From NCBI RefSeq assembly GCF_036321535.1, contig NC_087437.1, forward strand, positions 20,586,001 to 20,650,000: a DNA stretch of 64,000 nucleotides, in the 5' to 3' direction. Shown here piece after piece: positions 25,799 to 38,865 of this stretch; the first letter of the stretch is position 1; each line of letters opens with the position of its first letter. Origin of the DNA: Camelus dromedarius. Lineage: Eukaryota. Position numbers and translations under genes: made by a program. Below the pieces are notes generated by a model. It was not told where the DNA came from. It ran no database searches and was given only the letters and a program-made list of their open reading frames with translations.

Positions 25799-26869
25799 TC
25801 TTTTTTTTTTTTTTCTTAGTTTCATATTTATTTAATTATGAGGGCAGTGGAGCATCTTTTTTGTGTATTTACATGCCACTGTTCTCTTTATTGTGAACTA
25901 AATTGTTGTGTTTGAAACCCATTTTGCTATTGGATGTTGATCATTTTCTTGTTGATTTGCTAGGTCTTTTATATAATGAGGACTATAGCTCTTGGTTAGT
26001 CGCATGGTGTTGCAAATATTTCCCTTCAATTTGTTCTTTGTTTTTAGCCTGCTTTATGAGAATTTATATGTATTCATTTTTGCCTCAGAGAGTTTGACAC
26101 ATTTTTTTCTAGTTAAATTTAAAGTTTTCCTTTATGGCTTCCTGAAGGAAGTCCAAGAACAAAAGGAAGTTTTGAATGTTTTAAGCAGGGAAGTGATATG
26201 ATCTGATTTGTGTTTTAAATGCAGCTGCTGCCCAGAGAACTGGAGACCAACTCTCAGGACGGCAGGATTAAACCCAGGGGAAGTGGTTAGAAGGTGAGAG
26301 GCAATGGCTTTGTTCGAACGGGACAAATGGGAGAGAGATCAGGAGGCAAGACCAACACAGCTGGTGATGGAGAACAAGGGCGAGGGAGGCATCCAGGGTG
26401 ACTCCCAGATTTCTGGTTCTGATCCCGAAATGCAGTGGGGCAGCCACTCTCCCATTAGCAAACACTGAAGGAGGCTGGGTGATTTATCCAGTTATTGCTT
26501 GTTTACTTTAGTGGGGGTCGGGGCTCAGGTTGGTGAGAATGTGAGTTCGGTTTAGGACACGTTGAGTTGAAGTGCTGCTGAGGATCCAGGGGAGAAGCAG
26601 AAGAAGCAGTTGGATTGATGACGACAGAGCACAGAGGCGACACATTTTAGCAGGTGTGTTTCCACTTGATGAGTCTTGGTTTCCACATTGAGCATCAAAG
26701 CTCAACAAACCCCTTCGTGGTCTTGACTCACAAGGTTTCACTCAAAAAGTTCAACTTGGGTCTAGAGGTTGGCATAGATTTTAGGAATTGCTAAATGATT
26801 TTCCTGCCGAGAAAAAGCTTTTGGTTTAAGCAAAAATACACACCCATTTTAATGATTAATTTATGGCCC

Positions 26870-28850
26870 TAAATTTTTTAAATTTAAATTGATATCAAAC
26901 ACAGAGAAGTTGCAAGAACAGTACAAAGAATGCCCATTTTTAATCAATCTACCTAGTGCTAGTTATCTATCTTTATATTTAAAAAAAAAAAACTACCCTG
27001 AAACTTAATGGCTTAAAACAACAACCTTTATATGATGTATCATGATTTTCTGTGTCAAGAATTTGGGCAGAGCTCAGCTGGGTGATTTCTGTTCCATGTG
27101 GTGTTGACAGAGGTCATGGAATGCTATTCAGCTAGTGGATGAAATGATCTGGAGAATCCAAGATAGCTTCACTCACATGTCTGGCATCTTGGTGAGGATG
27201 GCTGGAAGGCTGAGTTGGGCTGGAAGTGTTGACTGGAGCACCTAGGCAGGGCCTCTTCAGTGTGGGGGTATCAGGGAGCTGGATGTCTTATAGCAGTTTG
27301 AGGCCCCTGGAGAAAGCTTTCCAAGAGGTCCAGATTGAAGGTTTGAAGTTTCTCATCATGTAGTCAAGGAAGCCCCAGAGCATCACTTCTCCCACATTTT
27401 GGTGGTCTAATAAGTCATTAGATCAGCTCAGATTTAAAGAAAGGAATTGGTCTCTGTCTCCCAATCAGAAGAGTAGCAGAAAATCTTGGCCATCTCTCTT
27501 ATACCACTGCTCACCAATTGTTAGCATTTTGCCATGTTTGTGTCATCATTCTTCTCTCTGAACTGGTTGAGAGTAAGTTGCACACATCATGCTCCCCTAC
27601 TTCCTTATATATTTCCTAAAAACAAAGAATTATTTTACATATCCGCAGTGCGGCAGGAATTTTAACACTGAATACTACTATTATCTAATCTATAGTCTGT
27701 ATTCCAAAATTATCCAAACAATGTAATTTATAGCAAATTTGTTTCTGGCCCAGGATCCAATCCAGGGTCATATATTACACTTAATTATCAGGTCTCTTGA
27801 GCCTCCTTTAATCGGGAATGATTCCTCATCCTTTCTTTTTCTGTTATAACTTCGGTATTTTAAAAAGTCATACCACTTGCTTTGTAGAATGTCCCTCAGT
27901 TTGGGTTTGTCTGATATTTCTTCCTTATTAGTTTCAGGTGTGTCCTTTGGGCCCAAATACCACAGAAGTGATGTTGTGTTCTTCTCAGTGCAACATATCA
28001 GGAGGCAGTGATGTTGATTTGTCCCATTAGCAGTGGCGTTAACTTTGATCGTTTTGTTAAAACGGTGCCTGCTAAGATTCTATTTTTCCTTTCTTGTTAA
28101 TAATTGCTTTTGTGGAGAGAGTTATTGAGACTGTAAATATCCTGTTCTTCAGTAGACTTTCAGCCACATGTTTTAGTATCCCTTGATGATTCCTGCCTGG
28201 CTCTATTACTAGAATGGTAGCAAAGTGGTGAATTTTCTGATACTGTCATTTCTTCTGCATTTATTAGCTGGCATTCTACAACAAGGAGCTGCTGTCCTTT
28301 AGCTTTTGTATGTATGGACTTGGATGAACGTATGGATTCTTATTATACTCAATTGATTATAAGCCATTACTGTCAAATATTTGGATGCTTACTGCCTCCT
28401 GATGTCTCCTTGCACTTTTGATCTATTCATATTCTTATTTTCTGTCACAGTCCAATGTTCCAGACTCATCTTGTCCCTGAATCAGCCGTTTCTTCAAGAA
28501 GCCCTGATTCCTTTTAACAAAGAATGCTTTTTAGAAACCAAAAATTGTGTGCTGGAGTGTGCTCATTGCCAGTCATGTCAGCGCTCCCAGGCTCTTTCAC
28601 TGGACAAGCTAGAAATACTGGTATCTCTAATTCCAGTCACTTTGTAGGGATCTGCTTGCTTTGCCCCATTTCAGGGTTGTGTCTCCTCTCCTCCACAGTA
28701 AGAACTCTGATTCCCGACAACACTGGTATATTCATTTATTCGTTGAGACCTGAAAACATAGAAAATAGTTTTGGAATTCTTGTACTCGTACTGCTACAGA
28801 AAACCAAATCTATTAAGTAAAATACAAGACTTATTTGGTTATGTATGCAG
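26870..28850 (-). mobile_element. L1MC-type 3' fragment, split by an MLT1 LTR
   Basis: acacagagaagttgcaagaacagtacaaagaa; gtagaatgtccctcagtttgggtttgtctgat; catatcaggaggca. Confidence 0.65.
26955..27510. mobile_element. MLT1H-like MaLR LTR
   Basis: aaacttaatggcttaaaacaacaac...aatttgggcagagctcagctggg...tccaagatagcttcactcacatgtctggca. Confidence 0.7.
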
Positions 28851-29660
28851 CTGCCAAGATATTCATCCGTGAGGCTGGATATGTTGTTGCTGGACTAAAA
28901 CTACTGTTCTGGGATCGGGAGGGAGCCTTTTCAGTGGGCAACCAATAGTCATTGCCACGATCACTCTGGGTGTTATTTGGAGAACACTAGGAAAGGGGTG
29001 AGTGAGGGAGAGGAGACTAAACTGCCAAGTTCCAGGAGAGATGATAAAGGCTTGGACCAGGAAAGCCTTCCAGGGCCATGTTGCCCATGAAATCAGCTAG
29101 GTCCTTCTAGACTCTTGCATGCTCTAGTCTGTACCAGCTCCCTGGATAATACATTTCAAATGATGTTGGGCAGAGATATTTTTCCAAGTTTTACTTCTAA
29201 TCAATGGTTTAGGCCAATAGCATGATTTTCTCTAATTGTCAATTACACATTCCTTTCAACACTACAGGAATCCCAGATCCTTTTAATAGATGGCACTGTA
29301 ATTGCAGTTTTCATCTTAAACCACTTTATTTTCAGAGGGAATGAGAGACTGTGTCAGGAACATAATGAGATAATTCAAAGAAAAAGATGAAATGCTTGAC
29401 TACCACATAGGTAATAGCTAATAAAAAAAAGTCTCAGTGGCAGTAGATCAGATAGTGTGGAGTGGGTAACTTTCAATTGTGTGAGTGGAATATATTCTGA
29501 GTTATTATTTCCCCATGTGCTCCAGGCCAGCCATCTTCAGTGATGTCTTGACCTGGCTTCCTCTCAGCAGAGTGGGTGCTTTCTGTGTCAGTAGTGGGGT
29601 GCAGTGGCAGCACTCAGGGCTTTGGAGTCAGTCACACCTACATTCAGATCCTGGCTCTGC

Positions 29661-30530
29661 TTTTGTTTTTTTTTTTTTTTTTTTCTCATTGAAGTATAGT
29701 CAGTTTACAATGCTGTATCAATTTCTGGTGTATAGCATAATGTTTCAGTCATACATATAAATACATATATTCCTTTTCATATTCTTTTTCATTATAGGTT
29801 ACTACAAGACATTGAATATAATTCCCTGTGTTATGCAGAAGAAACTTATTGTTTATCTATTTTATATATAGTAGTTAGTATCTGCAAATCTCGAACTCCC
29901 AATTTATTCCTCCCCACTCCCTTTGCATCCGGTTAACCACAAGTTTGTTTTCTATGTCTGTGAGTCTGTTTCTGTTTTGTAAATGAGTTCATTTGTGTCC
30001 TTGTTTTTTTTTGGAATCCACATATGAGTGATATCATATGGTATTTTCCTTTCTATTTCTGGCTCACTTCACTTAGAATGTCAATCTCCAGGTCCATCCA
30101 TGTTGTTGCAAATGGACTTATTTTATTCTTTTTTATGGTACAGTAGTATTCCACGGCATAAATATACCACAACTTTTTTATTAAGTCATCTGTTGATGGA
30201 CATTTAGGCTGTTTCCATGTCTTGGCTATTGTAAATAGTGCTGCCATGAACTTTGGGGTACATGTATCTTTTCAAATTAGAGTTCCCTTCAGATATATGC
30301 CCAGGAGTGGGATTGCTGGATCATATGGTAAGTCTATTTTTAGTTTTTTGAGAAATCTGCCTACTGTTTTCCATAATGTCTGCACCAAACTACATTCCCA
30401 CCAACAGTGTAGGAGGGTTCCCTTTTCTCCACACCCTCTCTAGCATTTATCATTTGTGAACTTTTTGATAATGGCCATTCTGACTGGTGTGAAGTGATAC
30501 CTCGTTGTAGTTTTGATTTGCATTTCTCTG
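29661..30530 (-). mobile_element. Relatively young lineage-specific L1 3' end (~870 bp, 5'-truncated) inserted in a MIR
   Basis: Poly(T) at 29661-29684; ORF 30053..30247(-) [29 protein letters not shown]...TTWMDLEIDILSEVSQK is the ORF2p C-terminal region; candidate TSD ctggctctgc (29651-60) / ccagctctgt (30531-40). Confidence 0.92.
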
Positions 30531-31014
30531 CCAGCTCTGTTATTTATTGCTGTATGATAGTGGGCTGTTAAATCTGACCCCATAAGATATGATGTGCCTT
30601 TGATGAGACAATAAATGGTGAAAGCACAGCATAGAGACACACAGTGAGTGTGAGTTCCCTCTACCTCTGCAACTTCATGGATTTACTTCTGTGCCCTGAC
30701 AAAGCTCTGTTTATCTATATATCCTCTCAGCTATACAGTGGCCTCAACCTGATGTCCCCCTAGCCAGCTCTGATAAGAGCTGAGAGAAGCAATACTTCCT
30801 CCAACACCACACCCAGTATTTATTTCAGGACTCAAGGAGCACTAGGTCACCTGCTTCTCTCTTTATAAAAAAGTCATTTGATAATGTTTTTAAACATTTA
30901 TCCAGTGTTCAGTCTCTGTATTGGATTTTATGGATGATACAAAGACATATAAGATGTAGTCCTTGCTTTCTAAGAACTTAAAGTCCCACTGAGGACCCCA
31001 CATAAGTGCAATGC

Positions 31015-31210
31015 AAAGCAGGCAGACCTGGGTTCAAATCCCAGCTCTGCCACTTACTAGCTATGTGACCTTGAACAGTCACTTAGTCTCTCTGTACCTC
31101 TATTTCCTCACCTGTGAAATAGAGCCACCAATACCTGCCTCGTCAGGTCATCACAAGGCTTCGAATAGCCGCTACATGTAAAGTGCCTGGCACAAAGTAG
31201 GCACTTGGAA
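31015..31210 (+). mobile_element. MIR SINE
   Basis: cagacctgggttcaaatcccagctctgccacttactagctatgtgaccttg...gtgcctggcacaaagtaggcact. Confidence 0.9.
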
Positions 31211-31510
31211 AATCTGAGTTCCGTTGTCTTCCAACCACATGGTAGTTAAATAATGTAACAGAAGACCTATTACAAAACTACCTGTCAGTCATTGCCAAGT
31301 GAAAAGCCCTGAAATAAAGGCTCTTGGAGTTCGATGGAGGAGAGAATCAATCAGGCTGAGGTACGCAGGGTAGATTCTTGGATGAAGAAGGGAAGTGACT
31401 GGCATCCTCCAAGGGTGGGCTGATTTTCTCAGATGTATCATGGGAGCCTTGTTTACTACACCCATGATAAGGAATAAAGATCTGAGTACCTAAGATAGAA
31501 GTGGCACTTT

Positions 31511-31548
31511 TTAAGAGTCTCATGCTCTACCAACTGAGCTAGCCAGGC
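31511..31548 (-). pseudogene. 5'-half tRNA-Lys(CTT) retropseudogene (tailless)
   Basis: Minus strand GCCTGGCTAGCTCAGTTGGTAGAGCATGAGACTCTTAA equals nt 1-38 of recalled mammalian tRNA-Lys(CTT) except two CpG transitions; the 3' half is absent. Confidence 0.85.
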
Positions 31549-31874
31549 ACCTAAGACTGAAGAGAGTCATTCAGTTATTCACTCAATGCCCAGACCACTG
31601 ATCCTGTCTGTCCTTGAACTGCCAGTTCTCACCATCCGTCTGTCTCAAAGGCCTTTCAGCCCACTATGAATGAGTCGTCGCTCCTCCTTCAGTCATCCAA
31701 GCCCCCTGGGCAATAACAAACCAAGTGCAGGACAGATACATACCGAAGATAAAGGAAACGCATTTAATGGGCAGGGGTGTGTTCACTCCAGTGGTCCTAA
31801 CAAAGTACTGCTTTGAACAAAAGTGTTCAGGGAAACTTCCTTGCAGAAGAAGATGTTAATAAAAATCACCAGCT

Positions 31875-32302
31875 GTGGTAAATTATGTTTTATTCCCAGT
31901 TATCAGCTCCCTCTTCTGTAAGAGAATCACACTTCCTTTCTCTGCCAGGACTCCCGGGGATGGAGTATAGAGGTATCCCACTGATTTGCAGGATGGCCAT
32001 GTGACCTGCCTCGGTCAGTGGAATATGAGAAGATGCAACAGGCACCACATCAGAGCAGAAACATTAAATGCATTTCAGTGGTTTATTTGGCCTCATGCTC
32101 TTGTCTTCTCAAATGGTGCTACTGTCATTCTGGGCCCCAGAATGAGAAAGCCTAGTGCTCAAAGGGAGCTAAGCACGGCTGAGTCAGCTTTAAAGCATAA
32201 AGCAGACCAATAGACCAGGACACCCATGAGCTAGAAGTGTTTGTTACTGTAAGCCGCTGAGGTGTGGAGGTTGTTTGTTGCCCCAGCAAAAGCTGACTAG
32301 TA
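31875..32302 (+). mobile_element. MLT1I/J-like MaLR LTR
   Basis: ggccatgtgacctgcctcggtcagtggaatatga ... tgtaagccgctgaggtgtggaggttgtttgttgccccagcaaaagctgactagtaca. Confidence 0.65.
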
Positions 32303-32464
32303 CACCAACATTAACTGAATACTTGCTCGGTGCTGGCACTGTCTCAGACTTTTACTCATTTAATCTTCACATTAATCTTGCAAGGCAGTGTTTCAGCCAG
32401 GGTTTCCACTGTAAACATCAGAAAAGTACTCTGGCTGTGTACAAAAGGAAGTACAAAAGGAAGG

Positions 32465-35400
32465 CTTCTGCTTCCAGCCAAGATGGAATAACATAGTCTG
32501 AATGTGCCCTTCCACCTGAAAGAACTAAAACTTAAATGAAATATAAGAAACAATGTTTTAAACATATTACATAATGGGCAATGAAGGATGGGAAACAAAT
32601 GTGATGAACCCTATAAATGACCCAGTTGACTGCTTGGAGAGTTTTGAAGCCGTAGTGCAAACAATGGGAAACCTGACAGATTGGTGATCTCCTTGGTTTG
32701 GGAACATGGAGCTAAGAGAAAAGAGCCAAGGCGACTAAAATGTGCTGAGCAGAATACTGGAAAGGAGAGGAAGAAATACTGCTCACAGAGAGGACCATGG
32801 AGATTTGCAAAGGGTCCTCCTGGAAGACTCAGCTGAGTACAGATTAGGGCACACAGGAGAGGAGACTATCCAAGGTGTGGAAAGTAACTGTCAAAAAACT
32901 AGAGGGAACAACCCCTGGAACTCACCTAAGACTAGAAATGGTGGCTCTTCCTACCAGCCAGAGTGGACATTAGGCAAAATACAAAATAGATCTTGCACCA
33001 TGGTGGGAAAAAAAATTACCAAGCATGCAAAGAAGCAGGTTCGCACAACCCAACATGAGAAGAAACATCAGTCCATCGAAACAAACCCAGAAATGACCCA
33101 GAGAATAGAATTAGTAAACAAGGACATTTTAATTTATTTATTTATTTATTTAAGAGGGGAAGTAATTAGGTTTGTTTATCTGATGGAGGTGCTGGGGATT
33201 GAACCCAGGGCCTCATGCATGCTAAGCATATACTCTACTGCTGAGCTATATTCTCCTCCCGGACACTTTTAAAAGTACTATGACTGTATTCCATATGTTG
33301 TAGATGCCAGAGGAAAGAATGAACATGTTAAATAAAGACACAGGAATATTAAAAAAAGGCCCAAGTTGAATTTCTAGAGAAAACTATAGTATCTAAGATG
33401 AAAATACACCAGCTGGGATTAACTGCAGATCAGACATGGCAGAAGGAAGGATTAGCAAACTTGAAGACATAAAAATAGAAACTGTTGAAAGTGAAGCACA
33501 GAGAGAAAACAGATGAAAAACATGAACAGAATAATAGCAAGTTGTGGGACAATTTCTGTCAGCCTGTGCATGTGTAGTAGGAGTCCTTGAAGGAAACAGA
33601 GGGGGCAGAAAAATATTTGAAGTAATACCAGCCCCTAGATTTCCCAATATGAGGAAAACTCTAAACCCACAAATCTAAAAGACTCAAAGAAACCCAAATA
33701 CATTCATGTAAAGAAAAGTACACCAAGGCACATCATGACTGAATGGATTAAAACCACCAATAAAGAAAAAAATGTTGAAAGTAGCCAGAGGAAAGGAAGG
33801 AATGCATTACAAACAGGAACAAGGAGTATTACAGTCGATTTTTTGTTAGAAACAATTTAAGCTAAGAGACCATGAAGCAACATGTTTAAAGCAATGAAAG
33901 AAAAAAAATTATTAACCTAGAATTCTTTACCAAGAAGAGTATCTTTCAAAACTGAGGGCAAACAAGACCTTTTCAGATATACAAAAGCTTCAAGAACTCA
34001 TCACCACCAGATCTGCACTGTAAGAAATATTGCAAGGAAATTATACCAGGGAAATTATACCAGATAGAAATATGGATCCATACAAAGGCAGGAAAGGTAT
34101 TAGAAATGGTAACTCTATGGGTAAATGTAATGACTTTTAAATTATTATTTGAATCTCTTTGAAAGATAATAAACTGTTTATTGTTAAAAATAACAATGTA
34201 TTAAAGGGTTTATAACATATTTAGAAGTAAAATGTATGGCAACTAAGCAAAATGCCAAGAAGGGAGACAGAAATACACTGTTATAAATTTTTCCTACTAG
34301 GCATGAAATGGTATAATAATACTTAAAGGTAGACTGTGACAAGGTAAAGATGTACACTACAGCAGCCACTATAACAACACACTGACTTACAGCCAATAAA
34401 CCAACAAAGGAAATAAAATAGACTTCTAAAAAATATTTTTTAAAAAGACAAGAGGGAAAAAGAACAAATGGAACAAGTACAAAACAAATAGTAAGGTGGT
34501 AGATATAAACCCAACCACATCAACAATCACACTAAATGTAGTTGTCTAAATACCCCAATCAAAAGGCAGAGATTATCCAATGAGATAACAAAATCAAGTC
34601 ACAACTGTATGCTGCTTATAAGAAACCCATTTTAAACATAAAGACACACATAGGTTAAAAGTAAAGGGATGAAAAAAATACATTATGCTAACACTAATTT
34701 TAAAAAGTGAGACAGATATAGTAATATCAAACAAAATAGATTTCAGAGCAGTGAGTATTAGCAGGCATGAAGAGAGTCATTTCATAAAGGGACATAACAA
34801 CCCGAAGGCTTACGCACCTTAAACAAAGCTTCAAAACACATGGAACAAAAACTGACAGGACCGCAAGAAGCAGCAGACAGATCTACAAGTACAGTCATAC
34901 ACCCTTCTCTTCATGATTGACAGAGTGGGTAGACAGAAAATCAATACAAATACAGAAGACAAGCAGCACGACCAACCTGACCTCATTGGTATTTCCAGAA
35001 CACTCCACCCAACACAGCAGAATACACATTCTTTTCAAATGCACCAGAACATTTATGAAGTTCAACTGTTTTCTGAGCCATAAAATAAGTTTCTGTAAAT
35101 TTAAAACTATTCAAGTTAAAGTTATACAAGGAATGTTCTCTGATCACAATAGAAATAAATTAGATATCAATACTGGAATGACATCTGGAAAATCTTCGAA
35201 TATTTGGAAACAACATAACACAACTCTAAGTAAGCTATGCATCAAAAAGAAAAAAAAAATTTTACATGATAAAGTATTTTGAGCTGAATGGAAATGAAAA
35301 TGCTACATTGCAAAATTTGTAAGATGTAGTTCTTAGGAAAAAAATACATGGCACTAAAGGGCTATAAAAGACAAGAAAAATGGTCTCAAATCAATGATCT

Positions 35401-36165
35401 TAGCTTCTACCTTACGAAACTAGGAAAAGAGCAAATGGATGTCAAAGCAGGCAGAAGAAGGGAAATAGTAAGGATCAGAGCAAAAATCAATGAAATAGAA
35501 GCCCTACCAAAAAAAAGAGAGAGAGAGAGAGAGAAAATAAATGAAACCGAAAGCTGATTATCTGAGATGATCAATAAAATTGATAAATTGCTAGCTAGAC
35601 TGAACAGGCCAGAAAAGATCCAAATTACCAGTATCAGAAACAAGAAAGGTGACATCACTACAGATTCCTTATGTATCAAAAGGATAGTATAAAATATTAT
35701 GAATGACTTAATGCCAATATATACAGCAATTAGATGAAATGACAAATGTCTCGAAAGATATAAACTACTATGTTTCACTCAAAAAGAAACAGGTAACCAG
35801 AATAGCTCTGTATCTATTAAAGTCATTGAATTTCTATTTAAAAACCTCCCCACAAAGAAAACTCCAGCGCCAGATTACTTCACTGGTGAATTCCATGAAA
35901 CATTTAGGGAGGAAATAATACTAATTCTACACAAACTCTTCTTTTTTCTTAGAAGAAGAAGGAACATTGTTAACTCATTCTTGAAAGCCAACATTAGTTT
36001 AGTGCCAAAACCAGGCAACGATATTACAAGAAAGAAAAAGCACAGATCATATTCCTTATGAACATGGATGCAAATGGAATCCAACAATGTATTAAAAGGA
36101 TAATACATCATGGCCAAGTGGGATTAATCCCAGGAATGCAAAGCTAGTTCCATATTCAAAACTCA
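32465..36165 (+). mobile_element. Long old L1 (5' UTR, ORF1 relic, ORF2 EN to start of RT), 3'-deleted
   Basis: Start cttctgcttccagccaagatggaataac; ORF 34917..35282 has GMFSDHNRNKLDIN (EN SDH motif); ends catggccaagtgggattaatcccaggaatgcaa. Confidence 0.85.
33130..33260 (-). mobile_element. tRNA-Ala-derived SINE, Vic-1-like, inserted in L1
   Basis: ggaggtgctggggattgaacccagggcctcatgcatgctaagc...ctgagctata; (TTTA)n tail; TSD GGACATTTTAA (33122-32) / GGACACTTTTAA (33261-72). Confidence 0.85.
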
Positions 36166-37151
36166 TTCAGCATGATTCACTGTATGACTGGATTCAGAAA
36201 GAAAGGAAATTGGGAAATCACAGAATGACTGGACAGCCAGATCCAGAAAATAAAAACAAAAAGCAAAAATCAAAGCAGGCAGGAACAACAATAACAACAA
36301 AATCAACAACAAATGCAGGGCAGCAGAACCACATCTGGAATCACGTCCCAAACCCAAACTGCAGCACTGCCACTCCCAGCACTGATCACTGGACACAGGG
36401 GTGGGCACCACAGCTAATGCCACCCCAGGGTTCTGGATGTTGCTGCTGCCAACCCCATCCCATCAGAATGAATTCACCACAATCTTTTTTTTTTAATATA
36501 TCTGGTTCTAGCGTTGAAAACCCAGGAGGGAGGTTCTGACTGGCCAAGCTGTCAGGAAGCCTGGGAAAGGAAGGGTCACAGGAGGGAGTCTTAGTTGCCA
36601 ACAAAGAATCTACTCCACCTACTTCATGTAAGTGAGGACTTAGTAAGACAGATTACATAGCACACGGAATCACTGGGACTGTGGGACTACACAGCAGAAC
36701 AGGCCTGGCAAGGGAGCTTCTGCCACAGCTGAGACGAGGAAGCTGCCCCTCTTGCCCCTGGTCCCAGAAAAGAGCTAGCTCAACTCCCCCAGAAGCACCA
36801 GCCAGAGTGGACGCCATGGGTCTGGAGAGTTTCCTGAAGTAGCTCACTTCTGAATCAGACTGGTGTATTTGTCTGGCAGAATCCAGATCACATCCACATC
36901 CAGGGCAAGGGAGGCTAGGACATGAAGAAGATTTGTTTGATTTCACCAAAAGTAGAATGTAAGGATTTGAGAGCTCTAAACGAGTACTGGGCTTTTTGTC
37001 CTTCAGTGAGAGGTGACTCCTCTTCTTACCCGGATTCATGCGGAGGGGAAATCCTCAGGCTTAGAAGGCAAAAAGATGGATTAGAAAAGGAACACATGGG
37101 CAGTGTGGGTGCTTGGGTTGGATGGGGGTTTCATAGGTGTTTATTATATTA

Positions 37152-37194
<43 letters not shown>
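37152..37194. repeat. (TAAA)10 microsatellite
   Basis: Read directly. Confidence 0.95.
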
Positions 37195-37279
37195 CGGTCA
37201 TACATGGGTTAATGATGACAGTGTGTCATGACCAAGGACTATGATTAATTAATCCAGTTCTCAGCATTGATGACCTAGA

Positions 37280-37319
37280 GGAAGGAAGGAAGGAAGGAAG
37301 GAAGGAAGGAAGGAAGGAA
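37280..37319. repeat. (GGAA)10 microsatellite
   Basis: Read directly. Confidence 0.95.
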
Positions 37320-37384
37320 GGGAGGGAAAGAAAGCAACAGAGCCAGATTTTCTTCCTTCCACTCTTTGTCTTTCCTTCCTTCTG

Positions 37385-38200
37385 CCCCTCCTTCAATCAT
37401 TTATCCCATGAACAGTTATTGGATGTCTACTGCGTACCTGGCTCTAGGCTGGGTGCCAAGAGCACTGGGGTGAAACAGACACAGTTGTGCCCTTAACAGA
37501 GCCGCTGTCGGCTGCGGGAGTCTGACAAGTCCCACAGGATTTACAAAGTGACAGGTAAGACAACAAGCTGCTTTCAGGCTCCGAGAAGGGCCCTCACCCA
37601 CCTGGGGCTGCTTGGGAAGACAGTGGAGGTTTGCACTTAGAGAAATTACTAAAATGGAAATGTGGGGGGTGGGGTGCAAAAACGATGAAGAAGAAAAAGA
37701 CAGCTCTGCCCTAGAAGTGCTCGCATCTCGGGGAAGAGGGGAAGGCAGGAAAAGAGGCAGCAGCAACAGTGGAACTGGAGCCTTGAGAGAGGGAAGCACA
37801 GGACGGAGGGCACACACAGAATAGTGTGCACTGAGCCCGAGGGTGTCAGGGAGGCTCCCTGGAGGAGATGGCATGCAGACAGGCAGAGAATCGGAGTTAC
37901 CTCGGCAAAGTCTGTGCTGGGGAGGAAGGTCATTTTGTGCAAAGGCTGGTGTCAGGGAGGAAGCTTGGTTCACTGGAGTTGCTCAGAGGGTCTCAGTGTG
38001 GCCTGGCCCAGAGCAAAGGTACAGGAAAGGGAGACGAGTGCACCGAAGCCAGATTCAGCTAAGGAGTGGGGCAACCATCCTGGGCCATCTGAAGGCATTG
38101 GCAGGGGTAATTTCTACTTTGAGAAGACAGCTCTGGCAGTAAAGCAGAGGTGAGGAGGTGGCTGCAACTGTTGGGGAAAGAGATGGTGGCACCTGAGCTG
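37385..38200 (-). mobile_element. L2 LINE 3' fragment
   Basis: cttcaatcatttatcccatgaacagttattggatgtctactgcgtacctggc...; gagggtgtcagggaggctccctggagga. Confidence 0.55.
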
Positions 38201-38865
38201 CAGAGAGGACCAAGATCTGAGAAAACAGGCAATCCCACACTGGAGGCTGGGTTCAAACGGGGTTTCCTTTGAGGGAGGGCAGAAGATGAGCAGACATCGC
38301 ACACATCATTGTCCTCTGAGCAAGCTTTAAGCTTCAGAATTTCTCAGAACTGAGGGACCTTCCTTAACTTCTGTTAAACCATGGTTGATACTTTTGGAAG
38401 ACAAGGACACCAAGGCTGCAACAGCTGAAACTTGATAAGTAGATTCTAAACCTATTGGGAGACAGGCAAGCAGGTGGTGAGGTTAAAGCTTTGCATTATA
38501 AATAGCGTCTCTGGGCTCCTGATTATAGTAGCCCCCTAATGGGCCTTCTGCTCCAGAAATGACTTTGCCGTAGCTCAAGAATTCCAAGAATGCTGCAGAT
38601 CTTCACCTACTGCTGAGAAGTAGAAGAAAAAGATGTATCAAGCACCTACTTTGTAGGTAACACACTACAACACATAAGCAGACTCAAGAAACGATTTTGA
38701 CCCTATTTTACAATAAGAAAACCAAGACCCAAAAAGTCTGAATTGAAATTTAAACCCTAGGCTGCCTAGCTATACCCACGAAATATTGTGCTTTCTTTGG
38801 AGTGAGACTGGCTAGTTCTCTGAGTGTTTATTTTTTGAATCACCCTTGGACAGTTAAGAACATCT

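Noticed and set aside
32742..33272. 176-aa ORF
   Set aside because: Chance read-through of L1 5' sequence into an antisense SINE
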